This document shows positions 1 through 13,846 of a DNA stretch of 64,000 nucleotides, piece by piece; position 1 is the first letter of the stretch, and the number at the start of each line of letters is the position of its first letter. A program made the translations under genes and the position numbers. A model generated the notes under the pieces. It was not told the DNA's origin, ran no database searches, and saw nothing but the letters and a program-made list of their open reading frames with translations. The stretch is from Eledone cirrhosa (Eukaryota): NCBI GenBank assembly GCA_964016885.1, contig OZ024740.1, forward strand, positions 216,690,001-216,754,000, given 5' to 3'.

Positions 1-297
1 GTATTCTGTTTCTCTCCTTCATGTCTCCTGTCCTCTCTCTCCCTCCCTCAAGTCTCCTCTCCCTCCCTCTCACTTTATCTCTATCACTCATCATTTCTTT
101 ACCATTTTCTTTTTTCATTTTTCTCCTGTTTTTATTTGGTCTTTATTTTTTTTTTTCTTGGGGGGAAACTTCTTTTTTATTTTTATGTTTTTAGTTATTT
201 AGTTATTTTTCTCCCATGCTCTAGTAGCCAGTAACATCACTGATTCACTGATTCACACACAATTACACAAGCTTCTTTCACAGATAAGTGCATGTAG

Positions 298-350
<53 letters not shown>

Positions 351-414
351 CATATATATAGGTGTGTGTGTGTGTGTGCATATATATAGGTGTGTGTATA
401 TATGAATGTGTGTG

Positions 415-458
<44 letters not shown>

Positions 459-837
459 GCCAGACAGACACATTTTTACACATGACATCATTCCAATTTA
501 AAACTGCTTTGCTGCTATTACACCTTCATCTTAACTCAATTAGTTTTTTTTTTATTTCCCCATATTTATTCAGGAAATTATTTAAAGGAATTGGCTGATA
601 ACTTTGCTGAAGAATATGCCTTTAATGGAGAAAAATAGGTCTTTTAAATGATGTAGGCTAATTCAACTGAACTCACTAATAAATTTTGGTTTCAGGAATA
701 TTGGTTTATCTTTGTGATGTGTGGACATTTCCAGCAATGTAACCGAGTGTGTATCACTCTATTGCATTTCTGCAATGGTCTTATCTTGTTATATGTTTAT
801 GTATAACAACAGTAATTTCATATATATGCACATAAAT

Positions 838-1075
838 CATCATCATCAACATCATCGCCGTTTATTGTCTGTTTTTCCAAACTAGCATGGGTTAGACGAG
901 TTGTCCTGTTGTGAGCAATGTCAGGTCAGGTGACCATGTCTTGCTCATACAGAACTTTTTTTGGCTTGGATTCTACAGCTGGATGCCCTTCCTAATGCCA
1001 ACCACTTTACAGTATAGACTGGGTGTTTTTGTTGTGACACCTACATGACTGCTTTACAGTGTGGGCTGGAGGACT
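838..1075 (-). mobile_element. RTE 3'UTR / SINE tail fragment. Similar fragments at about 4858-5050, 22320-22490, 35015-35435, 39098-39240, 49938-50290 and 54715-55095
   Basis: Shares (cat)n...ctagcatgggttagac...ttctacagctggatgcccttcctaa with the 3'UTR of the LINE at 15121-15424. Confidence 0.8.
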
Positions 1076-1484
1076 TTCGTGGGAGAGGTGGGTATTTGGG
1101 TGTGTGTGAGGGGCAAAGTGTTAGGACATGGGAGGTGAATGGAAGGGGGAGGGGAGTTGTGCACACTAGATGTGTACTTCAGCCTGTGATCATGGGAAGT
1201 GTGGGGTGGACATGGCGGTGGTGCATACTATATGCATGCTTTAGCCTGTGCTCATATATATATAACTGTAGGCACACACACATTGTTTGTGTGTGAATTC
1301 TCTCTCTTTTTTCCTCTCTCATAATTTTATGTCTGCTTCCCATGTTGCCAAGAGTTGTTATGGTCTGAGAATAGACTGGTTTCTAGATTGGTAATGAAAC
1401 CATGTCATGTTCATATGCACCAAATTGTGGCATGGTTTCTATAACTTGATGCCCTTCCTACCACCAACAACTTTACAGAGTATA

Positions 1485-1565
<81 letters not shown>

Positions 1566-1924
1566 TATATATATATATATCATCATCATCGTTTAACGTC
1601 TATCTTATATATAAGCTGATCATGTTGGTGACATGATGCAAAATACCCTCTGCAGTCTGTCGGTTGGTCGGTTTTATGCCATAATAAAAGGCACCCAGTC
1701 CATGCTGTAAATGGGATTGAAATTATGAAGGGCATCCAGTTGTAGATACCATTCCTAATGTAGAACATATGATAAATATGTGGTCTGTGATCTCTCTAGT
1801 CTCAGGCTATAACAACTCTTGCCAGTTTTGATACCAACCTTCCTGAAACCACATTTGGTTCCGTGTTGCAAATTTTAAAGTGTTCATATTTCAATTAAAA
1901 TTTCCCATCATAATCTTTATACAG

Positions 1925-2160
1925 AACACCAACTGAATAATGGTTTCTGATTTAGGCACAAGGCCAGCAATTTTGGGGGAAGGGGAAAGTTGATTAAATG
2001 GAACTCAGTGCTTGACTGGTCCTTTATTTTATCGACCTTGTAAGGATGAAAGGCAAAGCAAACCTCAGTGGTATTTGAACTCAGACCATAAAGGGCCCTA
2101 ACTCTATGCTGCAAAGCATGGTGTTCGATGCTCTTTCGAAGCTGCCAATCCGCTGCCTTC
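1925..2160 (-). mobile_element. tRNA-derived SINE with a Nin/Deu-like core. Other copies at about 3345-3520(-), 13565-13645(-), 23085-23190(+), 25765-25945(-), 37010-37200(+), 39655-39750(+), 50415-50590(+) and 50900-51095(+)
   Basis: Recurrent core gagttcaaat...gttaactttgcctttcatccttacggggtcgataaaataaagtaccag...gctggccttgtgccaaaagtagaaacaattatt, with a B-box-like GAGTTCAAAT. Confidence 0.8.
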
Positions 2161-3051
2161 ACATCAGTTTAATAATGAAAGTTATGCTATATTATTAAAT
2201 TCCTTCAAATATTTGATTATTTAAAAAGTTAATTGAAGCACATGGACTATATATTTCAGTAGAAATATGTCAACCATTTTAATATTGTTGTTGTGTTTTT
2301 TGGTGGGGTGGGGTAGGAGTGGGGTGCTGAACACAAATATATGACAAATATAAAGCAATAATGGGTTGGTTATATCATGTCTTTTTTGTACTTCCATTGT
2401 GTCTGAAATTATTCTTATTCATTTGAACATATCAAATGATTTGTTGTTGTTTTTCTTTTATATTAACTGTTTCAAAACTGTTCCATTGTACTTGTTTTTT
2501 ATTCTTCTATTATTAACTTGACATTCTTCTGTGACCCTGTAGTTTTAGGCTGGAAGACACAGTGCTCAGTGTAGTTTAAGCCTGTCATTATCATATTTCA
2601 AATAAAATACATTGCATATAGTTTTGAAATAATTTTTAAAATAATCAAAAGTTGGGGACATTTAGTAAATAACTAAATTTCTTATTTTCTGTTGTTTTTA
2701 GTATAATTTTACAAACGTTCATGTATAAAATTGTGATGGAAGGTTTTTAGGTAAATATAAACACTTAAGGCAGTTTGATATGAAAACGTTTATATATACT
2801 TTCTTCTAAAGAAAACTTATGTATTAGCTAATGATAAACTATGCCAGCTTATCTGCACATTATACAGCCAACAGTTTTTAACAGTAAAATTTTATAAATT
2901 TTTAAAATTTCATACATGTGATTAAGTCTTAAAATCTTGTATCACATCAAACTGCATTAATAAGTCATTCTTGAAAAGTGCAAAACAGTATTGTGACTGC
3001 ATCACATCAAGAATTAAAGTCTTTACACTAATATTGCACATTTTCCCAATG

Positions 3052-3108
3052 ATCTTGTTACTCTGGAGTTTCACCTGCACACTCACAGGATCATCAGACT
3101 GTCTAGAT
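3052..3108 (-). ncRNA. Type I hammerhead ribozyme motif
   Basis: Minus strand reads AUCUAGACAGU-CUGAUGA-U-CCUG(UGAGUGUG)CAGG-U-GAAA-CUC(CA)GAG-UA-ACAAGAU. It has the full core, stem II, stem III and a GUA triplet; stem I is interrupted. Confidence 0.75.
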
Positions 3109-3685
3109 ATATACAACATTACAGTATGTATAATAAACATAGCATTGATTCTGTAGCTATCTATCTATATAATTGCTCCCCATTAAATCTGGCTCTGATT
3201 AGGCATGTATGAAACAAATTCAAAATTTCAAGTACTTTGTTCAAAACAAAATTAGGTGAGTGAACATTTCTTACTTTTGATTGTTGTTGTTTGGAAGTGG
3301 TGTAATTATAATGGGGAGAGGTTAGTGAGAAAATGTATTTAAATAATTGTTTCTACTTTTGGCACAAGGCCAGCAATTATCCCAGTGTATTACTGGTACT
3401 TTATTTTACCGACCCCGTAAGGATGAAAGGCAAAGTTAACCTTGGCGGGATTTGAACTCAGACCATAAAGGGCCATAACTCTTTGCTGCAAAGAATGGCG
3501 TCCTACCCTCTACCGATGGTAGTGAAAAGCTTGGGAACTACAGATATAGGGAGAGTCAATGACTTATATCTTGATGTGGTAACTGTTATATTTATTATAT
3601 ACATTCTAGTGTGGTATACATATATATATACACAGTCAACATTATGTTTAATATACATATTGTGATGTGAATGATATATATATAT

Positions 3686-4500
3686 GAATGATATATGCAT
3701 ACGAACAGCAATGTTGCATGGCAGTGAGACCTGGACATTGTGTGCAGAGGATATACGCAGACTAGAGAGGAACGAAGCTTGCATGCTCCGCTGGATGTGT
3801 AACAGTAATATACGTGAACGGCAAAGCATAAACGAACTAAGGAAAAAATTAGAGATAAGAGGGATCAGATGTTGTTTACTCGAGAGAAGGCTACGTTGGT
3901 ATGGACACGTGATGCGCATGAAAGTCGATAGCTGTATAACAAAGTGCAGGGCAATAAAGATAGACGGTAGTCACGGAATAGGCAGACCTAGAAAAACCTG
4001 GGACGAGCTGATAAACTCCGACATCACACACTTACATCTCTCCAAGACAATGTCACTGGACCGAGACCTTTGGCGGTACTCAGTAACAGAGAAGACCCGC
4101 CTTACCTAAATATATAGTAAAACCTACTCCAGCCAGTAGGCATCACTAACAAAATACACCCCGTCCCACCACCACCACCCCCACCCCATCCACACCACCC
4201 CGTTCTATGTAAAGTTATGTTGGTGCCGCGCCATCCAGGCCGAAACAAATGAGATCGTGTAGGTGTCACGACAAAAAAACACACAGTCCACGCTGTAATG
4301 TGGCCGTGTAGGCAACACGGTAAAAACCTCCCAGACCCACACTGTAAATGTGGTTGGTATTAGGAAGGGCATCCAACTGTAGAAAACCTGCCAGACAGTC
4401 CTATGCGAGCAAGACGATCACTCTTGCCTCAAGTGGGACTACCCCCGTCCAAACCCATGCAAGCATGGAACACGGACGTTAAACGTTGATGATGATGATG
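3686..4500 (+). mobile_element. RTE-clade LINE 3' fragment (ORF C-terminus, 3'UTR, (GAT)n tail)
   Basis: ORF 3684-4109 (MLHGSETW...RRLRWYGHVMRM...GRPRKTW) is homologous to 15425-15850, and the fragment ends in gatgatgatg. Confidence 0.9.
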
Positions 4501-4504
4501 ATAT

Positions 4505-4600
4505 ATAGACAGAATCAATGCTATGTTTATTACACCTTCTATAGTGTTGTATATATCTAAACAATCAGATGATTTTGTGAGTGTGCAGGTGAAATTCCAT
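4505..4600 (+). pseudogene. Degenerate inverted copy of the 3058-3155 hammerhead-bearing element
   Basis: Reverse-complement similarity to 3065-3155. The core has decayed to CAGAUGA...GUGAGUGUGCAGGU-GAAA. Confidence 0.7.
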
Positions 4601-4602
4601 AA

Positions 4603-4755
4603 AATAAAAAAATACAAGTTATGGGTGAGAGAGAGGAGTATCCATCATCAGTTGTCTACTAGGAATCATAGGCATTGAAAAAAAAAAATATGATTCCTAG
4701 TAGACAACTGATAATGGATACTCCTCTCTCTCGCCCGTAACTTGTATTTTTTATT
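4603..4755. repeat. Inverted repeat (about 67-bp arms) around an A-rich loop
   Basis: aatacaagttatgggtgagagagaggagtatccatcatcagttgtctactaggaatcata is followed by its near reverse complement at 4689-4755. Confidence 0.9.
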
Positions 4756-4789
4756 ATACTTAATTGCAACAACACAGCTCGCCATTTTG

Positions 4790-4855
<66 letters not shown>

Positions 4856-5124
4856 TCATCATCATCGCCATTTAATGTCCATTTTCCAGCCTAGCATGGG
4901 TTAGACAGGTTGTCCAGTTGTGAGACAAGCCAGATCAAATGAACATGTCTTGCTCTCATGGAACCATTTCTGGCCTGGTTTCTACAGCGTGATGCCCTTT
5001 CTAATGCGAACCACATTTACAGTGCCTTTTATCATGGCACCAAAATGATCACTTTCTGAATGAAGTATTTCCGTCAGAAAAGTACAGGAAAAAAGAGTGG
5101 TAATAAACAACATAAGATAATTAT

Positions 5125-5185
5125 TTCATTTACCAGTGGTTTCTTGAAGGCAGATGTTGTGTCTGACTCCAGTCGTCAGAATGAA
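5125..5185 (-). ncRNA. Type I hammerhead ribozyme motif
   Basis: UUCAUU-CUGACGA-C-UGGAG...CUUCA-A-GAAA-CC(ACU)GG-UA-AAUGAA, with a perfect 6-bp stem I. Confidence 0.8.
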
Positions 5186-5195
5186 TAAATATTTA

Positions 5196-5256
5196 TTTAT
5201 TCTGACGACTGAAGACAGACATAGCATCTGCCTTCAAGAAACTATTGGTAAATGAA
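5196..5256 (+). ncRNA. Type I hammerhead ribozyme motif
   Basis: UUUAUU-CUGACGA-C-UGAAG...CUUCA-A-GAAA-CU(AUU)GG-UA-AAUGAA. Confidence 0.8.
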
Positions 5257-5307
5257 ATAATTATCTTATTGTTGTTTATTACATAACTATAAATATACAC
5301 ACACACA

Positions 5308-5352
<45 letters not shown>

Positions 5353-5617
5353 ACTGTAGTATAAGTTTGGTAGAAATATCCAAGGGTACCAACACTCAGT
5401 CCATAGGACTAGTTAAGTACAGTTAGTTACAACAGTGACATATACTGGTACTTAAGTTTTGTTGGGTTATACACCCCAGCTCATTCAGCCTCTTATATAA
5501 AATAACAAGCTGAATGAGTTGGGGTGTATGTATGGTGTATGTATATATATATCATCATCATCATCATCATCACCATCATCATCATCGTTTAACGTCCATC
5601 TTCCATGCTAGCATGGG

Positions 5618-5697
<80 letters not shown>

Positions 5698-7444
5698 ATG
5701 ATTGTTGTTTTTTGTATCTATTTTGCCAGAACAATTATTTTTCTACATCGATATTATTCCTTCTTAGAGTTATCCACTCCTGCACTCATCTTTGAAGTAG
5801 ATGTAGGACCTGTATCATCAGCCAGGACAACTCTTACAATTAAAGTTATGTATCTTACTAAAGGGTACATTTCTCCATGTCACAATCTGTTATTTTGACA
5901 GGCAAAAGACATATCAACATTTTTTCTTCATCCATCTTCTAAATAGCTGAAAAATGGACATCCCTATGTTTTTTTCTTCCTCATCTTCCAGCTATTATCT
6001 CTTCTAGAATTCCCTTTTTGCTAATAATCCATCTCTAGAATTGTTTCAACTCATTTAATTTGCAACTTTACTCTCCTTTACCCCCTCGGAAAAAAAGGGA
6101 CAAAGAACAAAAAAAAAAATAATAATAATAACTCCTCCCCTCAAACCCTGTAAATCCTGGAACAGATCAAAGTCCACTATAGTGTAGAAATAATGACTGT
6201 CTTCATAAAGTGTTGTTCTCTTTTACTGACTTCTGTTGCATTTCACCATTGTAGGTAGTGCCTGCCTCTTCTTGAAATAATGGGAGCCAAGTAAATAATG
6301 TGTATGGTGAAGGAGGGGAGTAGAGGTTGTGGGGGGGGGGGGGGGGGGAGTAGTGGTGCAGAGGGAGCATCGTTGGTGGGGGAGGGGGAGTAAAGGTGCA
6401 GAGGGGCATGGTTGGTGTTGACCTGTGCTACTTTACTTAATGATATCCTTTGCCATCTGGTTGTAGCCACTTAACACAATTATTTCTGGCTGGAAACTGT
6501 GTTGGCACTGACCTAACCCACTTGCAGGGAGGAGGGCAATTACAGACTTCTATGATGTACATATTCTATTGTTACCCCTAGTGGGTAGGGGATGGGTAGA
6601 GAGAGAGAGAGAGAGTATATATATATATATGTGTGTGTGTGTGTATGTATGTATATGCATATGTAGGTATATATGTGTAAATGTGTGTGTATATATATAT
6701 ATATATACACACACACAGAGAGTGTGTGTATTCGTGTGTCTTATCTTAAAAAGTAGCCTTACTATATTTTCCTCATTTCTTTAGCCTGTATTATTTCATA
6801 GCCTCTCCTTATTACCAACAACATTTCATAATTACTATAACACAGTTCCTCCTTCAGATATTACATTTTTCAATTCATTAAAATCTTCAGTATTCCTACC
6901 AGAATCTCTTCACATATGTTCTATTGTCTTTATTATTACTTGTGCCATCACCAATGTAGTCAGTGCTGAATTTATCAGATTCTCATTTATCTTTTAGTCT
7001 TGACAAATATTAATTTCTTACATTTGGTAAAGTTTCTTTTATAATCTACAGATATGACAAATGGAAGTAATTTAAGCTCAGCTCCTTTACTTATTATTAT
7101 ATATCATATATACTTACATATATGTCACATTGATATGTTACAACCTTCATTTTACATAGAATATTCTTGGCTCAGTACTTGACTCATATAAATGTTTGTA
7201 GTATAACTCATATGCTGGTTTCTATTTTCATGGAAAACATGCTACTTATAGATATATATAATATACAGTATATATATTTTCTTAACAATATTTAAATATT
7301 CAACTTATGAAAAAAAAGTATGTGGAATTAGAATATGAAATTTTTCCTCACAAATTTCATAAATTAAAATTAGTGATCACAAAACTGCAGTTATGTCTGA
7401 AAACATATCTCTGCCAAATTTCATTGAAAAAAGAAAGAATTTTT

Positions 7445-7628
7445 GAGGGTGGGCTGAACAGTTCATAGGCTGACTATGAAGGCGTGATGCTAAAGCTGTT
7501 AAATCTTGCATACATTAATTTCAACTCTTCTTATTGTTTCTTTCTAGAGATTATGTTGAAAAATAAACCTTATTTGGTAATTCCATGAGAGTGTCTTGGT
7601 CAGCCTATGAACTTTACAGCTGACCCCC
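7445..7628. mobile_element. Tc1/mariner-like MITE
   Basis: TIRs ggctgaacagttcataggctgac ... gtcagcctatgaactttacagct. A second copy in the opposite orientation lies at 62930-63131. Confidence 0.7.
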
Positions 7629-7632
7629 ATAG

Positions 7633-7676
<44 letters not shown>

Positions 7677-7752
7677 GTGTGTGTGTGTGCAACACTAACA
7701 GCACAAATCACCCATTGTAAGGTTGTTACAGTTTTCCATTCTCTCATGCTGT

Positions 7753-7990
7753 CTCTCTGATACACAGAACCTCAGGTGAATGTTAGCTTGTGCTACCATC
7801 ACAGTCTCTCTGATACACAGAACCTCAGATGAATGTTACCTTGTGGTACCATCACAGAGTCACTCTGATACACAGAACCTCAGGTGGATGTTACCTTGTG
7901 CTGCCATCACAGAGTCACTCTGATACACAGAACCTCAGATGAATGTTACCTTGTGCTACAATCAGAGGGTCTCTCTGATACACAGAACTG
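7753..7990. repeat. Minisatellite, about 55 bp x about 4.3
   Basis: Unit ctctctgatacacagaacctcaggtgaatgttaccttgtgctaccatcacag. Confidence 0.9.
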
Positions 7991-8504
7991 TGAGAATTGA
8001 CTCATACACTGTTCACTTTCCTGACATTTGTACATTATTTTATGTACTATACATGCACCTTTGATGAGTTGTAGTGCACCTGAGCACTGTACACAATAAT
8101 TTCATCATTATTATTATTATTATTATTATTATTAAGCATTACTCTTGAAAATAGCAAGAGAAATGTGCTGATAGAGTCATTCCAACTTGTAGGGGTCATT
8201 ATTTTGAGGGACCAACTCCATCCTGCTACTAGTAAGTAGAAAGATGGTTTTGGGACTGAGGACTCCAAATGTTACCACTATAAGTTCAATAATTAATTCT
8301 TCGTTATCCATTTTTGATTATTTCTGTATGAGCTGAGCAGAGAAATCTTCCTACTAAGCAGTTGGACTGAAATAAATGAGAAACATAGTTGAGATATTGA
8401 GGGAGATTATCATTTCTGTCAGTCAAGAAATAAGTTTATTTTAGTCCAGAATAATAGAAATTTCTCTCTGATTTAGAAAGATAGATAAGATTATTAAATG
8501 TGAA

Positions 8505-8850
8505 ATTGATGGTAGTGGTGGTGATGGTAGTGGTGGTGGTGGTGGTGGGGATGATAGTAGTGGTGGTGGTGGTAATGATGATAGTGATGGTGATGGTGAT
8601 GGTGATGGTGATGGTGGTGGAGGTGGTGGTAATGATGACTGTGGTAGTGGTGGTAATGATGATAGTGGTGGTTGTGGTAATGATGTTAGTGATAGTGAGG
8701 TGGTAGTGGTGGTGGTAATGATGTTAGTGATAATGGTAATGATAGTAGTGATGGTGGTGGTGGTGGAAATGATGTTAGTGATATTGGTGGAGGTGGTGAT
8801 GATAGTGTTGATAGCAAAGGTGGTTGTGATATCAGTAGGAGTCAAGATGA
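8505..8850. repeat. (GGT/GAT/AGT)n low-complexity tract
   Basis: Degenerate trinucleotide run. Confidence 0.9.
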
Positions 8851-9040
8851 TAAAGATGGCTGTGATAGGGAAGTGAGTTTAAAATTATAATAATAGAGGA
8901 AAATTTAAATGAAATTTTGAAAATTACATCTGATACTTTAAGAAATACAAAATGCAATTATTACTAAATAAATATGGCAAATAGCTAGTATGTTGTCATA
9001 TGTATGTGTACATTTATGTGTGTATTTATATATATATATA

Positions 9041-9133
9041 TAGGAACGAGTAGGACCCTGACGGCTGAGCTCAAGCCATTTCGACGGCTAATTCAGGACT
9101 ATGGTCCACCTGGTTCCTTACCACATTTCTTTC

Positions 9134-9140
<7 letters not shown>
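9041..9140. mobile_element. Internally inverted short copy of the hammerhead-half element family (as at 11168 and 12846)
   Basis: 9041-9099 is the antisense GAAA-stem III-GUC segment and 9100-9140 is the sense 3' terminus. It is flanked by (TA)n. Confidence 0.8.
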
Positions 9141-9186
<46 letters not shown>

Positions 9187-9461
9187 ATACATAAATGGGG
9201 CTGCAAATTAGCAGTTTTTGGTGATTTGGAAAACATTTCTAGTGTTCATTCTGCTTCTTTGCATCTTGAGTGAAAATCTTGCTGAGGTCAACTTTTCTTT
9301 TCATCAATTTGGGATTGCTAAATAAAGTACCAGTCTATTACTGGTACATTATTTACCAATCTCTCTCTCTCTCTCTCCCCCCTCTCTCTCTCTCTCTCTC
9401 CAAGGTCTATACTTATCACACTGTTAAGAGTATAAATGTTTGTGGTATACTCAACCATTTA

Positions 9462-9630
9462 CTGTATTAACTCAAATATAAGCCGAGGAATGTGAGGAAA
9501 AAAACAATCGATCGTGAAATAGAGGGTGGGGTCAGCTTTTAAATGGGTTTGGATGTTTGCCTATTTCTCAGACATAAAATAGGGGGTGGGTGGCTTATAT
9601 TCGGATTGGTTTATATTCACATATATACAG
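9462..9630. mobile_element. pogo/Tc1-like MITE
   Basis: TA-ctgtattaactcaaatataagc ... ttatattcacatatatacag-TA, i.e. imperfect TIRs with a TA target duplication. Confidence 0.6.
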
Positions 9631-10667
9631 TACATATGAATTTCACGAGCAAGAATTCCCTTGGTCAAATAACTTTCTGCTCATCATTGTTAGTGACTGA
9701 GAACCTTCTACCATTTTACTAATTGTCATTACATGCAGGTCTTCAGGTCTACAATGGAGCTTTAACTGTCTATTTTATTATTGTTAGCCTATTTCTATGA
9801 AAATATACTGCCTGTGTTTTTAAATTCATTTAAAAAAATAATCAAGAATTTGGAGGGATTTAGTAAAATTGTATATGAGGCATGAAATGTGTGACACAAA
9901 AAAAAATTGATGATAAAATGGAGGTAGACTTATATACAAGGTCAATATTTTACCTGTTTCCACTAGCTTTTGTATATTAATTAAAAGCAAGTTATAGCCA
10001 GATGATGATGATTGATGCTGCTGTTGTCTGCCAAAAGGATGTAAACACAATTTTGAGAAACTTGAAACTTTATAAAATGCTTTAAATGGTAAATAGAACA
10101 TCCTTATGTAATGTGAAACAAAAAGTATGCTTAACAACACTTTAAAAAAATATTAAATATCAAAATATTGAAATTTCATTAAAATATTCTCCACTCATGG
10201 GAATTTACAAAACCATGTCATCCCAGAATAATGTATTGATGAGTTACCTTGACTTATACTTGGTGTTTGGATTGTATGCCCTTTCTAACACCAACCACTT
10301 TACAGCACAATCTGTTGTCCATTTAATACATATATTATGTATTTATACATATACTAATAGTTTTAAACTCCTATATATCCATGTGTGAATGTAGATATTT
10401 GTACATCTATGACACAAAAGACAGCCCTTGATATCTAGTCTTAGATAGCTTCTCAACACTTCATAATAACTTAAGAATTTAAGGAACTGATTAAGATGAT
10501 TATGACAAGTTCCCAAATCATGAGACTTATACACAGCTAACTATAAATATCAGAAATAATAAGTTAGGAAGTCCATCTCCTCTATATGAAAATAGAGCAT
10601 ATATATATATAGGTATATGTTTATTTTGCAAGATTCTAGATGTGAAGTGTGTGTATATATATATCAT

Positions 10668-11003
10668 TTCATCATCATTTCATTTTACGTCCGCTTTTTC
10701 CCTGCTTGCAAGGGTGGGACTGGAACTGATTCTGGCTTTCTACAGCTGGATGCCCTTCCTAACACCAACCACATTTACAGTGAGTGCTGGGTGCTTTTTT
10801 GCCGTGGCACCTCCACGACCACTTTGCAGTGGAATGATATGGACCCCAGTCCCTATCATCTCATTTCTACAGCTGAGTAAACTGGAGCAATGTGAAATAA
10901 AGTGTCTTGCTCAAGGAAACAATACATCACCCGGTCTGAGAATTGAACTCACAACCTTTCGATTGCAAGCGCAATGCTCTAACCACTAAGTCATGTGCCT
11001 CCA
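10668..11003 (-). mobile_element. tRNA-head SINE with RTE-derived tail
   Basis: A/B boxes (tgacttagtggttagagc...gagttcaattct), body ccttgagcaagacactttatttcacattgctccag, and a (GAT)n tail. Confidence 0.85.
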
Positions 11004-11099
11004 TATATATATATATAATATAATATATATATATATGAATGTATATATATGTATGTATATATGTATATGTATGTATATATGTATATTTATATATATATG

Positions 11100-11167
<68 letters not shown>

Positions 11168-11169
<2 letters not shown>

Positions 11170-11367
11170 ACGAAGGAAATGTGGTAAGGAACCAGGTGGA
11201 CCATAACGCACCAAAGTACTCAATACTTGAGGTAGTAGAGTGGGTAATAGGAACCAGTAAGACCCCGACAGCTGAGCTCAAGCCGTTTCGACGGCTAATT
11301 CTGGTTGTCCAGAATTAGCCGTCGAAACGGCTTGAGCTCAGCTGTCTGGGTCTTACTGGTTCCTATA
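11168..11367. mobile_element. Fold-back element containing the 3' half of a hammerhead
   Basis: Palindrome 11247-11367. Each arm reads ...AAUUAGCCGUC-GAAA-CGGCU(UGAGCUC)AGCUG-UC. Flanked by (TA)n. Confidence 0.8.
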
Positions 11368-12245
<878 letters not shown>

Positions 12246-12476
12246 CACAGCTACTTAATCTTAACTACAAATATCAGAAATAATAAGTTAGGAAGTCGAT
12301 CTATATGAAAATATATATATATATATATATATATAGTTTAAGATGGTAGTATGTACAAGACAAGAGAAGAAATCCTTCAGCAGCTGTAACAGAGACTTTC
12401 AGTAACCACACAGCTCATTTCGTTTGTTATAATTTTGTATATATATATGTATATTTTGCAAGATTCTAGATGTGAA

Positions 12477-12519
<43 letters not shown>

Positions 12520-12845
12520 TGTATATATATGTATATATGAATATATATGTATATATGTGTATATGTAGATATATATACATATATATATGTATGTATATAT
12601 ATGTATATATGTATGTATGTACATATATATATATATATGTATGTGTATATATGTATGTATATATATATATATATATGTATGTGTATTTATATGTATGTGT
12701 ATATATATGTATGTGTATATATATATGTATGTGTATATATATATGTATGTGTATATATATATGTATGTATATATATATATGTGTATATATATATGTATGT
12801 GTATATATATATGTGTATGTGTATATATATATATATGTATATATA

Positions 12846-13077
12846 TAACGAAGGAAATGTGGTAAGGAACCAGATGGACCATAACGCACCAAAGTACTCA
12901 ATACTTAGGGTAGTAGAGTGGGTAATAGGAACGAGTAGGACCCCGTCAGCTGAGCTCAAGCCGTTTCGACAGCTAATTCTGGACTAAATGAACATTTACC
13001 AGGATAAAAATTGTCATTTAGTCCAGAATTAGCCGTCGAAACGGCTTGAGATCAGCCGTCGGGGTTCTACTCGTTCC

Positions 13078-13080
<3 letters not shown>
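12846..13080. mobile_element. Fold-back element containing the 3' half of a hammerhead (duplicate of 11168)
   Basis: Palindrome 12925-13080 with a longer central hairpin; GAAA at 13038-13041 and GUC at 13058-13060. Confidence 0.8.
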
Positions 13081-13108
<28 letters not shown>

Positions 13109-13109
13109 T

Positions 13110-13720
13110 GGGTCACTCTTGAGTGCTACTGATAACATGTAACCCAGTACAACCTGTCGCATGGTCGGGTCGTCGGCGATTACCCCGGCAACGCCAACAA
13201 GTTTACTTGGTGAGGAGGGTGATTTTGGACACCCTGCAGGACAAAAGACAAAACCTGACAAAGGGCGGAAGAACTCATAAGAGTCAATGGCCATCCAAAA
13301 GTGTGTAAATATGTGTATATACATGTACCGCGTGGTTAAACCACTGGGAGTGAAGGGCCCCTTGCCTTTGTCAGGGCATTCTTCTAAGAGAAGGCAACTC
13401 AGGAAACTGGGATAACTCCGATATTACACCTGTGGCTCAGTTACCGGCGATGTTGATCTTTTCGGGGTATAGCACTGTCGCTCAGAGAGTGGGATTGGCT
13501 CAGTGCACAGTCTTTCCTCACTTTAAAAAATATCTTGACACACAGGCATTGCACGATAGAATTAATTAATTGTTTCTACTTAAGGCACAAGGCCAGCAAT
13601 TACCCAGTGCATGACTGGTACTTTATTTTATCGACCCCGTAAGGTAGAATTAATTAATAATTATTAATAATGGTATATCATGCAATGGCCATACTCGATA
13701 ACGAGGGGGCAGCCATCATA
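13110..13720 (+). mobile_element. Putative bipartite non-autonomous LINE derivative (5'UTR-like block plus 3' end), interrupted by a SINE fragment
   Basis: Homologous to 18018-18623 over about 400 bp and in the terminal ggcc(a/g)tactcga-aacgag--ggcagcca motif. Confidence 0.6.
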
Positions 13721-13846
13721 TAGGTATGTATATATATATATGTGTGTATATATATGTATGTATATATATGTATATATATATGTATGTATATATATATATG
13801 TATGTATATATGTATGTATATATATATATATGTATGTATATATATG

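Larger units (their letters stand above)
5101..5281. mobile_element. Fold-back element with two divergent hammerheads
   Basis: About 90-bp imperfect inverted arms are centred on aataaatatttatt near 5190. Confidence 0.85.

Noticed and set aside
8441-8845. Pro/Thr-rich ORF resembling extensin or mucin
   Set aside because: Trinucleotide low-complexity sequence with no other gene evidence.
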